Source: Podarcis erhardii
Taxonomy: Eukaryota
Assembly (NCBI GenBank): GCA_964252035.1
Contig: OZ176205.1
Strand: one strand, 5' to 3'
DNA: 64,000 bases
Positions 61,440-64,000 of the stretch are shown here, piece by piece (position 1 is the first letter of the stretch; each line of letters begins with the position of its first letter). Position numbers and translations under genes: made by a program. Below the pieces are notes generated by a model. That model saw only the letters and a program-made list of their open reading frames with translations, had not been told where the DNA came from and searched no databases.

Positions 61440-61590
61440 GAACAAATTCATGAAGGGATAAAGCTATCAATGGCTACTAGTTGTGATGGCTGTGCTCTGC
61501 CTCCACAATCAGAGATAGTAGTGCTTCTGAATACCAGTTTCTAGAAACCACAGGAGGAGAGAGGGCTCTTGTGTCAAATCATTCTCTGGA
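61440..61590 (+). mobile_element. CR1 LINE 3' fragment
   Basis: TTCATG...GATAAAGCTATCAATGGCTACTAG is the inverse of part of 25480-25740. Confidence 0.55.
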
Positions 61591-62181
61591 AGGTCTTGGG
61601 TTCCGCTGCTTCTTGCTTGCTCATGAAGTACACAGTGATGATTTGCACGTGAACCAGCCACAGTATTACTGCTGTCACCAGCAGGAGTGGCTTTGATTCT
61701 GCAGAACCAGTTTGGCATCCTTTCTCCCCGCCTTCTTCTCAGCTCTCCTCTAGCCTCTGGCAGGTGGGACTTGAATGTGTGAGAAAGAAGTTGGATCATT
61801 TTTTGGATGCTACTTTTCAGTGCATTCCTATGCTTAATTTGAAGGAACTTTTCAATAAATCTTTAGTATTCCCACACCCTGGGAAAATATATCCTTGTGA
61901 TTTGTCCTCCCTTTTCCTTGGGCCAGATTTCCTTTTTTAGTGCCATTTGTACTGCGGTGCAGCAGTCCTTTGTATGAAAAAGAAAAATGATACAGTACAT
62001 GTGTCTTAAGCGTTTCCCACTTTTTAAAAGTTATGAAAACATGCTAGAAACAAGGGAGATACAGCATTGTGTTGCCCCGAGTGACAACTGTATTAGTGAG
62101 AAATGCTAGTACCATGAAGCCTTGTAAGTGGCAGGGCCGTCAGCTTTAGCAGGGATTTCATAACATGCATATATGTTGCAG

Positions 62182-62283
62182 ATCCAGTGATGTGACTCAG
62201 ACTTGTAGTGCTGGGAGAGCTACTGCCATTAGAGTGAGATGTGATCCTCTAAAACCCCACTCTGGAGTGCTCTCTGTGCCGAG
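62182..62283 (+). CDS. ELAPOR1: ELAPOR1 exon 18 (SSDVTQTCSAGRATAIRVRCDP...LSVP)
   Basis: 102 nt; ttgcag / GTAAGT. Confidence 0.95.
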
Positions 62284-62599
62284 GTAAGTTCAAAGGTTTA
62301 GTCAGTCTCAATAGCAGGTGCGCCCTGTTAAAACTACATTCTGCTCCAAACTCTACAGTGGGGCAAAAACTGGAAAAACTGGTGGAGAAAAAAATTAAAA
62401 TAAATGCTTTCGATGCTGTAAAAATAGTCGCACTGAGAACAGCACTTACTTTTGTATTGGGTGTACTTGCTTCCAATTCCAGTTGTAATTTATATTTCAG
62501 TTTTGTCCGCTCCTATGTTTCAAGCTGGCTGCTCATCTTGTTTATGCATTTTAATAGTTGCTTTTTTAAATGAGAACTAAGGAATAATGATTTAGCAAA

Positions 62600-62779
62600 G
62601 ACTGTAGCTCAGTGGTAGAGCATCTGCTTTGCATGCCGAAGGTCTCTAGTTCATTCCCTGGCATCTCCTGATAGGGCTGAGAATGTCCCGTCTGAAATCC
62701 TGGAAAGCCTCTTCCAGACAACGTAAACAATACTGAGTAGCTGGAGGTCAGACATGGCATAGGGTAGCTTCCTGTGTTC
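62600..62779 (+). mobile_element. tRNA-derived SINE (Squam3-like)
   Basis: TAGCTCAGTGGTAGAGCATCTGCTTTGCATG head followed by a non-tRNA body and tail GCTTCCTGTGTTC. Confidence 0.82.
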
Positions 62780-63713
62780 ACAACCCTTCTAAATGCAAAA
62801 GTAAAAGATACATAAAAGCATCTCCACTGCTTAAAGCTTTCTCTCCCCCCCCCCCCCCCCCGCCCAATATTAGCTATAACAGCTCCAGTCTGGGTCAGGC
62901 CTATAGCACAAGATGAAGTTGTGTTAACATTGACCCTTTCCATTCTGCACCATTTCCCCAATGGCACTCCATCCCCCCCCCCAATAAAAGGCTACTGTTG
63001 CTGATGCAGGGGGAATGATAGAAATGTGTATATGATTTTCCTGCTGTGGAGTTATTTTCATGGGGAAAATGATACGGGGAGGAATACTAAAACTATTTTA
63101 TTGTGCTGCACTATAGTCCCAGTCTGGTTTGGGAGGTGTAGCTATTTTTTTGGCAAAAAGCGTAAAGACACCAAGTTGCATTCATATGCCACCAACTTTA
63201 TATGACGTTTATCACTGTGACACGCTTCTGGAACCCAGTTCAGTCTCATTTACATTTACAGACCTAACCTATCAGCATAAGCTTTGCCATATCCGTTCCT
63301 TCACATACCAACACAACTTCTTTACCTCTTTAAAATGCAGAGGTCTACTGGGTATAGTCAAAGTAGAATGGTGGTGAAGTGGTCTAACAATGGAGCCTAT
63401 CTCAACCTTGCAGGGTTTAAATTCTTTCATGAATGTCACAGGTCCCCAAGGGGTCTGTGTAACTCAGATACAGGAAATGCCTAAGACCTATTGACATCTA
63501 TGAAAGAAATAGCATTTACAACAAGAACAAGTGTTCCATGCAGCAGAGTTCATACGCTACGTACTTGAGGCATGGCTTTGGAGTCACTGGTGACAGACTC
63601 TTTCATGGCAGGTCTGGGACAAGGTCATGTCTTGACACCCACAACAGCTAGGTCATGAGGTGAGCCACTGAATAGACTCCATTTCAGATGGCACTTTATA
63701 ATTTTTCAAACAG

Positions 63714-63840
63714 CAAGTGCCCTGAAGGAACCTGTGACGGATGCACTTTCCATTTTCTGTGGGAGACCGTTGAAGCCTGCCCCCTCTGTTCTGCAGATGA
63801 CTACCATGCTATCATCAGCGCCTGTGTTGGAGGGATTCAG
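63714..63840 (+). CDS. ELAPOR1: ELAPOR1 exon 19 ([43 protein letters not shown])
   Basis: 127 nt; aaacag / GTAGGG. The transmembrane and cytosolic exons lie beyond the window. Confidence 0.96.
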
Positions 63841-64000
63841 GTAGGGACTCAGAATGGCTTCTTTTGAGTTCTTATCTTCAGGGCCTGAGACCTGCCCATT
63901 TTTGTGACTATTATATGAACATTAAAACAAGTCATCGACAGCTACGGCAGCCCAATGATCATTTAGTGAACATGCCGCTTAGGACAGATAGAGACACCAA

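Larger units (their letters stand above)
17394..63840 (+). other. ELAPOR1: ELAPOR1 (KIAA1324/EIG121) gene span, coding exons 1-19, 3'-incomplete
   Basis: 19 GT-AG exons total 2646 nt in one open frame (882 aa): signal peptide, Cys-rich repeats, then GTCDGC.FHFLW. Motifs [17 protein letters not shown] and [13 protein letters not shown] match recalled ELAPOR1 rather than ELAPOR2; head-to-head with C1orf194 as in human. Confidence 0.95.

Noticed and set aside
62600-62670. tRNA gene
   Set aside because: The tRNA-like head has a degraded T-arm and runs into a SINE body found in several copies here. No true tRNA gene seen.

Overview
Vertebrate genomic DNA, almost certainly from a squamate (Sauria SINEs and Squam3-like SINEs; lacertid-like by recall). 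Three genes can be built from the sequence. (1) SCARNA2 (mgU2-25/61), ~5967-6362 (+), with its own Pol II promoter (ZNF143 site, GC boxes, TATA). (2) CFAP276/C1orf194, complete, 5 coding exons, 14917->7818 (-), 172 aa. (3) ELAPOR1/KIAA1324 (+), coding exons 1-19 from 17394 to 63840 (882 codons in one open frame); the gene runs off the right edge. This order matches the human locus as I recall it. Introns carry many transposon relics. The most striking structure is a very young, TSD-bounded palindromic Penelope-like insertion in ELAPOR1 intron 1 (31322-32405): two 498-bp inverted arms that appear identical, each with a minimal hammerhead ribozyme. Also notable are a TSD-bounded L1 copy polyadenylated inside ORF2, a CFAP276/ELAPOR1 divergent promoter split into two X-box modules, and a Harbinger-like relic between perfect 72-bp direct repeats. 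I found no wholly new biological system; the best leads are unusual instances of known classes. All homology calls are from memory of the families, with no database search.
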